NCBI GenBank assembly: GCA_964035545.1
Contig: OZ037768.1
Location: 18,831,700 to 18,895,699 of the forward strand
DNA: 64,000 nt
DNA from: Bugula neritina
Taxonomy: Eukaryota > Animalia > Bryozoa
Direction: 5' to 3'
How positions within the stretch are numbered: the stretch's first letter is position 1; each line of letters begins with the position of its first letter. The notes beneath the pieces are model-generated. The model had not been told where the DNA came from and made no database searches. It worked only from the letters and a program-made list of their open reading frames with translations. Made by a program: the position numbers and the translations under genes. Below, piece by piece: positions 11,216 through 24,574 of the stretch.

Positions 11216-14200
11216 ATGAAACTTATACTGAAGAGATCCGTCTTTTATGTGTTACAGATTTTTCTATGGGAATTTTATTTTCTGCAAAATGCAAGCTGTA
11301 TATCCAATTGGTTGTGAGTATTACATTTTATTTGTACTCTATATATGATTTATATTTTTACTTTGAAAAAAAATCTGTAATAATCACATATGCAGTATTG
11401 TATGTCTCACAGTTTATTAAACTCTAAAATTATGAGAAAATACTCCATAAGCGTAAAGCATTTTTCACAATTTTTGATGTTGAGAAAAAGTACCTGGACA
11501 AATTAGGTTTATGACACCAATCCATATAATGTGACACTATTTAAAATGGCTTTTAAAATTACTCTAAAATGCCCACAAGAATTATTTGTTTTTTTCCCTC
11601 AGTAATTTGACATGTGACACTGGTTGTAGTTCCATGGAGAGGAAGTGGCAACTTGATTTTCAGCTAATTGATACTTTCTGTAATTTGTTAACACCTAACT
11701 TTTCAAGGCTTTATGTTTCTATCTAATTTAATATTAAAATTTTATAATTATATTGTGTGGAAATATGAAGTCTGTTATAAAAGTGCATGCAAAATTAATA
11801 AATTTCATGCTGCAATTGTTATTATGATGATGTAAGACCCTATAAAAATATTTTTATCTATAAGCAATAAGGATAGTTGGAATCTATATTTTTAGTTCAA
11901 TAGTTGAGGCGGGTTATAGTGTGCCCCGCCACCAGCCATGTAATCAAACTCTACATCTCACTGAAGCACAATATTCACTTTGCCAACAAGATGCCAACGT
12001 CTTGACCTTCATTACTGCGGGAATGTTTCTGTCCTTGGCACAGTGCCAACATCAATTTCTAGAAGAAAGATGGAATTGCACGACTGAGTCATTTGTTTTG
12101 TTACATTCGAAAGGTGGGTTTTATCTATAAATATAAGCTTTTTGTGAAACTTTGGCCAACTGCCAGAAAACGTAAAGAGGAAGTAATTGTCATTTAGCTA
12201 CAGAAATCATATCTAGATAATGCATAATTATATTATCATAGATATATTGTGTTCCATGATGTGCCTATATAGGGACCAAGGAGTCCGCATTCATCTACAG
12301 TCTGACCAACGCTGCCGTAGCACACTCAATCAGTAGAGCCTGCAGTCAAGGTAACCTCACTATCTGCTCCTGCGCCAATCTCAAAGCAGGTAGGAAGAAG
12401 AGGCAGCGAAGAGATGACGCGGAGTACGAGTCTAGTGAGTGGACTTGGGGAGGCTGTAGCGATAATGTCAACTTTGGTGTGAAATTTGCACAGAAGTTTA
12501 TTGATGAACAGCCAAAAGATTTAAAGAATACAAGTTTTGGTGCTGAGTCTATGGCAGTTTTACACAACAGCAAAATGGGAAGAAAGGTGAACTCCTAGGC
12601 ATTAATTTTTTTTCATTAATTTGCTTACTTTTATGTTTTAAATAGCAGTTTAAGCCGTCACCATAACTTATTTGCAAAGTTTAGTGCTTATAATAATTTT
12701 ATGTAGACATCTTCAAACAAGCTGAGTTGTCATTCAAGGTGTTGGCAGCATGCGGTTAAAAACTTGTCAGCACATCAGCAAAGGGGCTGAAGCAGTAGTA
12801 AACAAATTGTTTTAGAAGCAGCTCTGAACTGGGGGTGACAGGGTGCAGTAGTTGAGAATTCTTGAGTTTGGAGCTGGGGGGTTCCACTAAACCCCCAACT
12901 CCAAACTCAAGAATTCTAAACTACTGCACCCTGTCACCCCCAATTCAGAGCTGCTTACTCAACATTTTGTAAACACTTGCAGTACCTCCCAATAACCTAG
13001 AGTTGTTTTAACCCACGGTAATATTTCCCATATTATGTTAATATCTTAACTTTCTATTGGCGTTCAAATTTAAATTATAATGCTATTTTAATGTATAAGA
13101 GATTCTGTTTTCAAAATATTAACACATGTTTGGGTCAAACTTTTGTTGAAAAAATTCAGAATTGGAACCACTTTATAAAAAAAATTGTTGAAATGTTTTT
13201 CCTGAGCTTTTGACCAAACCAATTACAATGCCTTTATTAAGCATACAAGAGTTGATTTTACTGAAGTATTTTAGCCTATAGCAAAATTTGAAACTTGCAG
13301 GTCTTAAACCCAATTATACTTCAATATGAGAAAGGCGGGTATAAAGCGCTGTGAACCCTAACATAGATTTTAGTCATGTTGAAAAGCCAGAGCTATGTGA
13401 TATTTTAACACCTACTCATCCTACATTTATTCATCTAAAATAACTTAGATTTAGGTTGGAAAAGCTTTTAGTGTGGTCATCACCCAAATATGCATTTTTC
13501 TATTCTTAGATTAGTCTTATTAGAATAATAAACAATTATGTTTGTTCTATGATAAACAATTAGGGTTAACAATCATTGCTGTAATTTGCTACAATATTGC
13601 CTATAAATGGAAAAAATTGTATTTAAAGGATGAAAATTACCATGTTAGCACATATTAAATTCCCACATTTCTCTTTAGCAGTTTTTAAAAATAACAGGCC
13701 TGAATCTAAGCAAGATAATTTTTTCAAAGAAATAATCTTATAAAAACTGTTTATCATGATATTCCATGAAATAAAGCTAACGTTTTGTATTAGGCTCACC
13801 AAAGTTAGTAGCCGTCTAATGACCATCATGACAAAGGAATGCTGTTAAAGATAATGCAGCAACTTAATTTCTTAATTACCCTTATTACTATTTTGACACT
13901 ATTTGATTTATAGGATTTGATAACTGATTGACTCAAGTGTCTATATGGCACATGCTACTGTACATGTCTTTTAAATTTAAACTGTATAATAAATTATAGC
14001 TGCTTTTAGTAACAGTTTTGCACTATATGAAATATTACGTGAGAGATATTTAAATTATCTGTAGGTGTATTTCATAATCAGTTAAAGTAGTTTTAAACAG
14101 TTTAGTTGTTAGCCAACAAGTGTATTAGCTTTCAATTTGTCTTTCTTATCATCTCATTTCGATAGATATTGGCTTATTTACCAACAACTATATATGCCCA

Positions 14201-15933
14201 TATCCATACTCACTGCTAGTTTGTACCTATCTTCAGCTTTAACTCTTTACTTACAATAATACTATAGCCTGTATTTAATATCCAGGTCGTTTTGCAAACA
14301 ACAGAAACCAAATGTCGATGCCATGGCCCTTCCAGTACTTGTGTTGTGAAGACTTGCTGGAGATCTCTTGCTACATTTACGAGTATCGGTGATAAACTGA
14401 AACAGATGTACGAGGAATCTGCGGTACAAGTATTCAAACGTAGACAAAATAAGTTGAAACCAATTGACAAGTCAATAGAGAAAAGGAGCCTTAAAGTCAA
14501 CAGCTTAGTTTACCTGTTTAGGTCTCCAGACTTCTGTGTGAAACATCCAGATCTGGGACTACAAGGTGTTACAGGTAAGCATGATAAAAATTATTTTGTT
14601 TTATGAAGCTGTTATGATTCAAGAGAGTCGTAGCAAAATTAATGAAGTCGTTTTGCAAAGGATATTTTCTTATCAGTTATAGTTAATGCAAGACAACTCT
14701 GAACATAGCTACAGCCATTTTATGCAATATTGTGCAAGCTTTGTGTGTTTTCTTCCAAAAAAGGTCTTGAAGTAGGTTTTTTGTAACTTACAAATAAGCT
14801 CGACACTGGTTTATTCAATAGAAATATGCATTAAAGTGTAAGTGAAATTTGCTCAAGTTAAAGCTGCTGTTTTCCTGCTTGGAACAAAATTTCCATAACC
14901 AAATAACTCTAAACCAAATAATCTCTGTTGTGTTTCAAATGCCAGCATTTGTTAGAATAATACAATCTAGCATGTCAACTTTCTTATCATCGTAGAGTCT
15001 GCAAAACATGTCTAGACAGCTTCTGACAAACTTCTGGCTTACCATTTATATTTTTGTATTTGAATTTGAGGCGGTGCAAGTAATCTGCTACCATTCAGCA
15101 CACATGCAGTTCATTTCCTTTTTCAAAGTATCAAGGAAAGCCCAATAGTTGTTAAAAAATAATCAGCATAATGTCAAAACTTGCACATATTTTTGTATGT
15201 CAATAAACAATCTAGAAAAAGAACAAGTATGTGCACATACCTGCACTGAAATGCCGTCTAGGGTTCTTTTGATCACCTGCACAGTTGGGAGTGTCAACAG
15301 TGGTTGCAGACACCAAAACTGGCATGCCAAGTGTCAACTAGCAAACATGTGATTATGTTCTGAACCATGATGTCAGGCTCCTGTGACAGCCTAGCACCTA
15401 TTACAGCATGATATAGGTCTTCTGCAATCTAGCACTTTTTATAACTTTAAAAGTTGTAAATGTACTGAATCTACTTGAATGATATGGTTTACAAAAAGAT
15501 CTAATGATGGCATTATGCACATCCGTTAGAATGATACTTTAATTATGCGTATTAAACATATTCATCTCCTTTATTTAAAATATATTTTTGACCATGTATT
15601 GGTTAAAATCAGTAATTGTTAGTTTCTAGCTTTAATTGTTCAAGTTTAGCAGAGTGCTAAATGACCCGCAGACCTAAAAGTTTTGACTAAATGCCAAAAT
15701 TCAGTAATACTTAGCCTTAGGTCTTATAAATGTGATGTGTGCTTATTGTTGCAGGGCGACACTGCAATAAAACTGGAGTAGACGTCAATAGCTGCAGATC
15801 TTTATGTTGTGGCAGAGGCTATAACACTCAACTGCTGGAAGAAACTGTGAACTGCAACTGTCAGTTTCACTGGTGCTGCTTTGTTACTTGTGACAAGTGT
15901 GCTGTTACCAAGGAAATGTACACGTGTAAATAG
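11216..15933 (+). CDS. Wnt: Wnt family secreted ligand, 5 exons (subfamily unresolved; resembles Wnt7/11/16 types)
   Basis: Exons 11216-11313 (signal-peptide-like MKLILKRSVFYVLQIFLWEFYFLQNASCISNW), 11896-12113 (CQHQFLEERWNC), 12273-12586 (GTKESAFIYS..RACSQG..WGGCSDN), 14286-14574 (CRCHGPSSTCVVKTCW..SPDFC), 15755-15933 (CCGRGYN..CNCQFHWCCFVTC..YTCK*); all GT-AG with consistent phases; AATAAA at 16419. Confidence 0.97.
12816..12956. mobile_element. Foldback MITE, family copy 2 (Wnt intron 3)
   Basis: aagcagctctgaactgggggtgacagggtgcagtagtt..gagtttggag / ctccaaactc..aactactgcaccctgtcacccccaattcagagctgctt near-perfect hairpin. Confidence 0.85.
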
Positions 15934-18900
15934 ATACTTCTATCTCTAATTCACCTCGTTTCCATTACTTCATATTATGCATATATGAATGCCAGTATCA
16001 ATGAATTTTTGGTTGCATAATGCGAAGCTTGGAAACGTAGTGATTCACTCAACCGTCCTGAAGAGAAATTTCATAAAATAAGTAAGCAACATCCAGCAGG
16101 CTGCATGGACCCCTATTATAGTAAGACGCACCTACACTACACATGTTGTCATTATCAAACATTTAAGTACTGCATGTACATACATCTAGATAGTATAACA
16201 AGCAGGCTGGCCTTATATATTGTTATATTATACATAGGAAATCATTCAATTTCATATTATTATTATTATTATTGCAAAAATATAGTTCAACCCTATAAGT
16301 AAAATATTACTTGTAGCACTTGATATGATTTTATCAAATATTATTTTCTAATTATTGGACTTATTGTTTATACCTATTGAAATGCCCATGCATCTGTTAT
16401 ATTATTTTTAATTTTCCAAATAAATTGCAATTGTAAAGTTTTTACATGCAACAGTTTTCCAAGTTCTTTGGAATGTGAATTACTTATTCAATGTAATAAG
16501 TTTGGATGTTGACCACATGTTTATAATAGTTTGAGCCGTAAACTACTCTGGCCAATTAAATCTGGCCATTTTTAGTAATTACCTGGTTATTTATGCATAA
16601 TTAATCTTTACATCTCCAAGAAATGGTTTCCATAGTAAGATTTTTTATACTTCAATGAAGATAAAGTGCAAGTTGGAAATTGCAATTTCCCTAATTCTAT
16701 CATTGTAATTGTTATTTTTTATATTCCACATTTATTAAAGCATGTAATACAAATAATATGTTATCTTTAAAGAATTGCTAACAATTGGGCATCATACAAG
16801 AAATATGCATAAACCTGCTCTTAAAACCAGATAGTGCATTTACAACTAGATGCCGAGTGTTTAGAAAAAACAAAATCAAAATTTGATTGTGGTGTATGTG
16901 ATACATTTGTCTAGTGGACCAGAAATAAAATATCTAAATTCTAAACCCTTGAACAATGTAAGATCAAGAGAAGACACTCTCTAATTATATATGCTCAGTA
17001 AGCCACCATCATTACAATAACCCTGCTAGCCTTAGATATAAATATGAATCCATATTATTACATTAGACTGGAACAAGCTGAAACAATATTGCACTACAAT
17101 TTCTAAGCTAGTTTCACCCATTTTGCTATGAAAAAAAAATGTTCAAGAAATTTAAAAACATGGCTTCTGTTTTGGTGTAGCAAAGAGAAAACAAGTAGAT
17201 TTGGGGCAAGATAAGGCTAAGAATATAAGCTTATCTCAACATTTCTTATTGGCTCTGTCTACTCACACTTTATTGATGAGATATCTCCTTACCAGATAAA
17301 ACAAATTAGAGTGAACATTTACTAACATTTCACCCCTTCTTCTTTACCAGTCATACAGAGTAGAAACTACATTAAAATTGTAAGAAGTAGCAAAAGCAAA
17401 CAGCTGAAAAAGCTTATATCTTTGGTTTTACGGAAGGTGAGGTAATTCATAAGAACTAATAGCAATATTGTAATTTATCAGTCTGCAAACTCCCAACTTT
17501 CTGATCATTAGTAGCTCAAAATTGAGAATAAATTTTGAACATATGCAACATTTAGGAAAAAACTGCAGACTCAAACAATGCTGAGAATTTGATCATGAAA
17601 CAACTTTTTGTTCTTTCAGACTAATATCTGTGCACTAATACAGTGAAGTCTAAATTGAATTTGAATAAGGGTTTTAATCTAACTTCAATAAAATTACATG
17701 AAGCTAACATTTAATGTTGAGAAAATCAAATCTAAGTCATTTTAAAAACTAAGTTTACATCTTTGATGCTAAAAGCCAATTCCTTTTAACATTTTAAGGA
17801 TGAAATTTTTTGACCAGTCTAGAAAAATTGGCAAAAACCAACAATCTATCCACATGAAATCAAGCATTGAGGATTTGTCTGGTCATTACTACATTTTCCG
17901 TGCTAATCACTTGATGAACATTACATTAAAGTATCAGTGCACACAGGCCAACATAAGCTTTTTACTTTCTCAAATGTTCAATGCACACAAGTATATACAA
18001 ATCAATTTTGTTTATTTAGCATATAAATGATATATTGGAGTAACAATATTAAACACAAATTATAATACAGTCATATGAAGTGAAAAAATTGCTGATCCAA
18101 CCATTTCCATAGTTTGGTGAATAAATGATTGTTTTACATTCACACATAAGAACAGAAGATTTTTTTAATTTTTAGCTGATAGCTATACAAGACTTGGGCA
18201 CTTTAAGAATACTGAACTATTTTTACACCAAAAAAATTGAATATTGGCCAAAAGCTTGCTCCATCTTTAGGCTGGCTGGTTATCAATAATATTAGGATTC
18301 CATTTAACATCTGGTAAAGCTCATCTATCCCACCTTACAGCTAAAGTAGGGCAATGCCATTCTAAGTCCTGAAAGGTATATTGAAAGAGTGATTTGCCAA
18401 AAGAGACATTGCTTATAATCTCTAACACAGGCCTCAACAGTTTATTGAAGACACCATTACTCCAAGTCAATTCCACCAATGCAGAAACCCAAATAAGGCC
18501 ACTGAGTTTTCATTTATAAAAAAGTTGTCATACAGGTATTTTAAGTAAATGGAAGACTGATTCTACCAGGTATTGTTACACACAGTAAATGTACACAAGT
18601 ATTATTTTTTTGCATTGGCTGCCTGTTGTTAGTAATAATTGATGGGACAAAAACTAAACTGCATGTAATAAAATTATTAACAAAATTATGGAGTTAATTA
18701 TGAAAGCAGCTTGATTTTTGAAATTACAAAAGTGTGTATGATTAAATTATAAATGTTCAGGTATTTAACTTTCAGTATTTAATCTGTGCTGATACTTCCT
18801 CAAAGCCTTAGACATCAAGCAGCTAATATTTAGGAAACTACAACTCAAAAGACTAATCAAGTAACATTTTAAAGTATTGCATAGAAAATCTGAAACACTA

Positions 18901-19100
18901 TAACTTTGTTGCATCAGCTAAACGAGTTCTTGACCCTGAAGCAACAGAAATTGAAGTCTCTTCGAATTGTAAAAATTATTTTTTGGTTGAACAATGAATA
19001 AGCAAAGCAAAGAAAAAGGACATAAATGTAAACACAAACATTGCATTGAGATACAGTTTTACTAAGTCTCATGGCCACTTACTAGTGCTAGTATTATTCA

Positions 19101-21868
19101 TCAGTAAAAAGAGCCCTCCGGAGGTTGCGATAACTTTTTGTTAGCAGATGATGTCATATTTTTCCTGACTTCTCCTAAAATGTCTTTTATAGAAAAGTTA
19201 CGTCTCCATTCAAAGAGCATAGGGAAATCCTTCCGCTCTTTCAGCTAATTAACATAAACAGAGCATGTCAAAACACTAGGCTTGAAAGCACACACACCAT
19301 TGCTATCAGAGAAACATAGTCCAAGAAGTTAGCTAAAATTCAAGGTGAATTCCCCCCCCCCCCAGCAGCAGCTTAATCTAAGCTTCTGCCATATTTTTTT
19401 AAGAAGCTGCAAAATTAACTTCTGAATTACATTCTACTCAAGTGTGTTCAATTGCCTTTCCTTAAGAATGGATTTCTCCAATTTGAATTGTATTTCACAG
19501 CAAAGCCTGTTTATAAGTATAAGAGCACACAACTCTACATCTCAGCAAAGGATCAAGATGAAAATGTTGTTTTTACTGAACAAAGAAGAAAAATAGCACA
19601 CATCTTGGATAGCTAAAAATATTCTCAACTTAAAATAGAATTAAAAACAATATAAAATCAAAAAATTCTTTAGATTCACACTATGCTTTTAGCCACACTT
19701 AAAGTAGACTGAGTTCCTCACCTGCCCGCTAGAATCAACTCCAGACATATTAATTTTTGTTTTAAATTTAACTATAGGAGCTTTATCTGGATAACTTGGA
19801 CCACATGTAATCCTTAAAGTATAAATTCTATTTTCAAAAGGAGTCTAAAATGAAAATAAATATAGCAAAAAATGCACCGAGTAGTATTCAGACAACACAT
19901 AAAGCAATGCAAAAGATTTAGTTGTCCATAAACTTTGGGCACACAACTCCTTTAGCCTCTCCAGGAGTAGGGGAGTTCAAATATGTAAACTACCACCTTT
20001 GACCTGTTTGTAAATATTGAGCAACACCAAAGGCTAATTTTGATAATTAGGAGATTTCAAATACAGAGATAAAAATAAAGAAACTTTAAATGAAAGCAAA
20101 GATAATTATAGTGAGAGATAACCTTCACAAGCTTTCCCAGTATCAAAGTACATTAGTGGTCTATTACGGTGTCTTTCAGTAATGAAAGCTGATGTGTAAA
20201 TAGATTCAAAGAAGGAAAAAATCTACCAGTGACATGGTTTTTTTTATTCATTTTCATGTATGTCAATTAAATTTTGACATTACAAAGCCAGTCTACAGCA
20301 GGATGAGCTGAAAATGTTAATTATTTCAGACATCACTTACTCTCGGTGGACCAATTATCGTACCAGTCCAGTTAGTTAATGTATTATCATCATCACTTTC
20401 TAATCCCCATGAAATTGTACCATCTCCAACACCTTTCTGCCCTGCCTCCAGTTCCTCAAGTAACACAAAATTCCGTGGTACTACTGAACAACAAAATTGA
20501 AAGGTGTAATAATATATTGATTGAAAGAATTAATAGGAAGAAACCCAAGTATTTGACTAGTCAAATAAATGAACAAGAAGTTATTGTAGCTCAATTCCTA
20601 CATGGCAGATCTTCATCTAAGCAAACTAACTAAAAAGCATTTAGATTTGCAAAAATTAGTAGAATAAAAGCCTAAATAAGCATAGACTGTTATTAAAATC
20701 ATGAAAAAATACTTTATAATAATAACTACAGCTCTGTCACTATAGTTAATAATACATTAAAGAATTAGTATAAATTTAATTATCATGTGTATCATATGAT
20801 TAACCATTATGCAACATTAACAGCTAGCGGAACTTTGAGTCTAATACTGTTGTGAGTGATACCACCAGTATTAGTATTACTATTATGAGTAAGCTAGATA
20901 TTGAAATTTTTACCTTCAAACTTTAGGCCACCAGCCTTAGCCTTAGGCATTGCAATGAAAATACATGCCAAATATATTATAATCATAAGCATTTTTTGTT
21001 TTAAAATAGGCTTTACCTTTACTATTAGAGCTATTCATTAGACTTTAGAGATTAGACTTAGTCTTCGATGACCCTAATAGTAATAAACTTATATTAATAC
21101 TGCAAATGCTACTGTGTAAGTGTTATAGTGTAACAGTAATAATCTTGGCCCAAATCTTAAAAACTATACTCTATAGTCTATAGTTAACTGTAAATGTAAT
21201 ACTAACACTAATAGAGAATAGTCAGAGTGGTTATACTTATAGTTATTCGCATTTTGAGTGTTACTGTTAGTATCACATTCACTGTAGGAGTATCACTATC
21301 AGTATCAGTCAGCTGCTATCAGCTATAGCCTATATGAATATCTTTAAAATTTAGAGGCTTAAAGTTAGTGTTACTGTTAGAGTCTGAGCTAGACTGCAGG
21401 ATGAGAATAGCGTCAGAGATGAGAAATAAACTTGAAGAATAAGTCAATAAGTATAACATTAACATCATCGTGATCATAATCATAATGATAATGACAATCA
21501 AATTTTACCCGTAATGTCAAACTCAATGATGAATGACATCAAATTTAGTATCACTATATAAATATAATTCAATATCAATAGACAATATGAATATGATGAT
21601 ATTGAATTTGATTGTCATTATGATTATCATTATGAAATACTAATAGTATTTCATAATGATAATTTCAAATTTCAATATTTCAAATACTCGAATTGAAAAT
21701 CAATATTTATATTTAATTTAATGCTAGAGAGACTTGAACCTTTTAAACTAGTGGCTTTAAATATGAAAACACTTGACATTAATTTTCAGCAACACATAAA
21801 ACTTATTAAATTATGAAATGTTATCAATGTGCGTATTGCAACAATTCTTTCTAACCTGCGCCAGCCAT
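19101..21868 (-). CDS. UBE2V: Ubiquitin-conjugating enzyme E2 variant (Uev1/Mms2), 140 aa, 4 exons
   Basis: Exons 21868-21856 (Kozak CACCATGG; MAGA), 20483-20341 ([38 protein letters not shown]), 19844-19722 ([36 protein letters not shown]), 19244-19101 (..[12 protein letters not shown]); 423 nt total. Confidence 0.96.
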
Positions 21869-22225
21869 GGTGAAAACGCTCAAAGGATATCAGTGTGAGC
21901 AAATTTAGTAGTTGCTTCCGGAAAGCAGACTCGAGACCAAAAAGTATATTCTACAAGAAAACGGTCTCAATATAAGCATTTTTTGACAATTTATAATAAC
22001 TAAAATAATTACTATTGAGTTTATAAATATAATGCACACTATGTAAAAATGTTGTACTAGATATATTTCGCGTACCCGTTTTTAATAAAAGTATTGTGGT
22101 GAGTTTATAAACAATATGGCTCTCAAATACCTATAACATGTTCTAAAAGTTTAGGTTTGAAGACTGTCGTGGCATTACTGCGCCGACCACTATCAATTAC
22201 TGAAATTGAGCTCGATTTATGAATA
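21869..22225. promoter_or_regulatory. Probable bidirectional promoter / 5' region shared by UBE2V and the HEAT-like gene
   Basis: Head-to-head gene orientation, local CpG enrichment, ETS-like TTCCGGAA near 21916, candidate + strand non-coding-exon donor gtaag at 22226. Confidence 0.45.
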
Positions 22226-22713
22226 GTAAGCATAGAATATTAAACAAATAATAAGTTTTCTAATTATAATTTCACTTTGTGCTGTAAGTGTATACTAGTA
22301 GCAATATGAGTATAGCTTGAAAATAATAAACTTTTACTAACAGTAACACTAACAGACTGACTCAAAGACACCAGCAAGTGTAACAGTAACTAACAGTGAC
22401 AACTGTTAAATTTAAATTTTAATATTTTCATATAGATGTATATAGTTATTGCTAAGTATCTGAAACTGACAGTGATATTTATTTTTTATATTCTAATTTA
22501 TATGGATATATTCATATTGCCTATTGGTATTGCTTATTAGAGTTATTATTATTAGCCTATTACTATTAGGTATTAATTATTACTACTAGTATTACTATTG
22601 TTATACTTATTAAATCTATTACTATTAACTACTATTACTCAATTAGTAATAGTATTACTATAAGTATAAGTATTATTATTAGCGATTTCTTCATAATTAT
22701 AATCATAATCTAA

Positions 22714-23498
22714 GGAGATCTTTCTAGACTTTATAGGTGGGCAAAAAAAGCAATATGAAGTTTAACTCAAAGAAAAGTAATGTCATCACCTTTGATAAGA
22801 AAACAGAAAATATGAAAAATGTCTTCACTTATAAATTAGGAGAAGATCCCCTGAATAGAGTTGGAGTTGTAAAATACCTTGGAATATTGCTATCAGCAGA
22901 TTTGAAATGGAATAAGCATGTCGAAAATGTCATATCAAAGGCATACAGAGTATTAGGTTTAATCAAGCTCACACTAGGAAATGCCCCAGAAAATGTTAAA
23001 ATTCTTGCATATAAAACTCTTTGTAGACCTCTTCTGGAATATGCTGCTGAAGTATGGGACCTGTGCAATAAACATCTAATAACAAGATTAGAAGTTACTC
23101 AAAATAGGGCTGTACAGTTCATTAAAAATTTAAAGGGTAGAGAAGTATCGGTAACAGATGCCAAATTTGACCTAGGCCTAGAAACATTAAGAAAGCGCAG
23201 ACAGTCACAGAGAATTTCTTTGTTGTGTCATATTACTGCTAATGATGATTTATTTCCAACCTTAAATAACACACTTAAATCTATTAAATCCTCAACCCAT
23301 AACATGAATACCCGTATTAACACCTTCAATGCTATGGCCTGCGATTCAAGCCTGTACCTGCAGGGTTTCCTGTTGCGCACTGTCCGGGAGCTCCGTACGG
23401 GGGAGATAGTAGCGGATTTTTGAGCCTAGATAGATCCGAGGGTCCCACAATTACTCTCTCCGAGAGGTCTTGGGGCTTAACCCAATCAAGATCAAGAT
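22714..23498 (+). mobile_element. 5'-truncated non-LTR retrotransposon (CR1/L2-group-like), RT C-terminal region and 3' tail
   Basis: DLSRLYRWA(frameshift in A-run)..MKFNSKK..KYLGILLSADLKWNKHV..AYKTLCRPLLEYAAEVWD; ORF 22737-23423; short 3' UTR ending in AATCAAGATCAAGAT repeat. Confidence 0.88.
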
Positions 23499-23563
23499 AA
23501 TGATAATATTTAAATCTGGCCATCTGGTCAAATTGTGTTCTCATACTATTCACGTAACCATTA

Positions 23564-24574
23564 GGGTGCAAGTCATTTCGTACACAAGTCGTTTCGTACC
23601 CACTTTTTCAGGTCGTTTTGTACGCATCTGATAGGTTTTTTTCATACACATCAATTTAAATTTATTTTTTAATATTTATTTGTTATTTGATTATGAGTCA
23701 TACATTAGTACATACATACTGTGATGGCTGTGGCATATATCATGCTACCCCCTTCCTCAATCGCTTTTGAACCGTAGCCTACAGACTGTCCTACAAACAC
23801 ACTGGCGACTCATTCCTGTCTTAACTAACATTCTTATTCATGCCGCATGGCGGCACTTTACATGCCGCATGGCGATACTCTGAGATGCCGTACACTCTAC
23901 TATGGCCGAATGACGGCCTCCACTGCGGCTATTTGTCGGCAAGACAACCGGAACTCGCGGGCCAATCAGAATGAAGCTCCCTTATATAGCTAAGCAGGAC
24001 ACTCAGTGCGACCAGTGACACTTGGCTAGTAAGATTATTAATACATGGCTCTGTTGTTATACTACTGTCTTTTACCTCAATATCTCTTTTATTATTAGCA
24101 TTTTAATATAGTTATTCTCAAACGAATCAATCATAGTTCTTTCTTTTGGATAAACACAAAGAGTTATGTTCTAGCTTCTCATACACACATAACCCACACT
24201 TAGTAGTTATTCACGCAAAATTACAACAATACAATAATAGATTAATATAAAACATTGATCACAATGAAGCCAAAAAATGGTAGCATGTTCAATAATTATA
24301 TAAAAATAAATATTAACACATTTATCATAATAAATAATAGATTGATATAAAACATTGAACAATAGCCATAGGTGACATGGGAGGTGTGAAGCTAAGAGCT
24401 ACATGCTGGGATGCAATAAATAAGTAAACTAGCATCATTCAAGTGGTTATCTAGTCAATTAATTTATTATTCATTTTGTGTACGAAATGGGCAGCAGTTT
24501 GTGCACGAAATGACCATTTTGCATTCGAAATGACCGATGTACGAAACGACTTGTGTACGAAACGACAGTAACCC
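23564..24574. mobile_element. Non-autonomous TIR DNA element (MITE-like) with subterminal GTCGTTTCGTAC repeats
   Basis: Left gggtgcaagtcatttcgtacacaagtcgtttcgtac, right gtacgaaacgacttgtgtacgaaacgacagtaaccc; flanks aaccatta / agccaata (6/8 match, possible decayed 8-bp TSD). Confidence 0.8.
23720..24228 (+). mobile_element. Solo LTR (Gypsy-like, 4-bp TSD) nested in the TIR element
   Basis: ATAC|TGTGATGG...TTACAACA|ATAC; GC-richer U3-like part with CCGGAA (23948), CCAAT (23962), TATATA (23983). Confidence 0.7.

Noticed and set aside
11216-15933. Specific Wnt subfamily name
   Set aside because: Motifs point variously to Wnt7, Wnt11 and Wnt16; needs a phylogeny.
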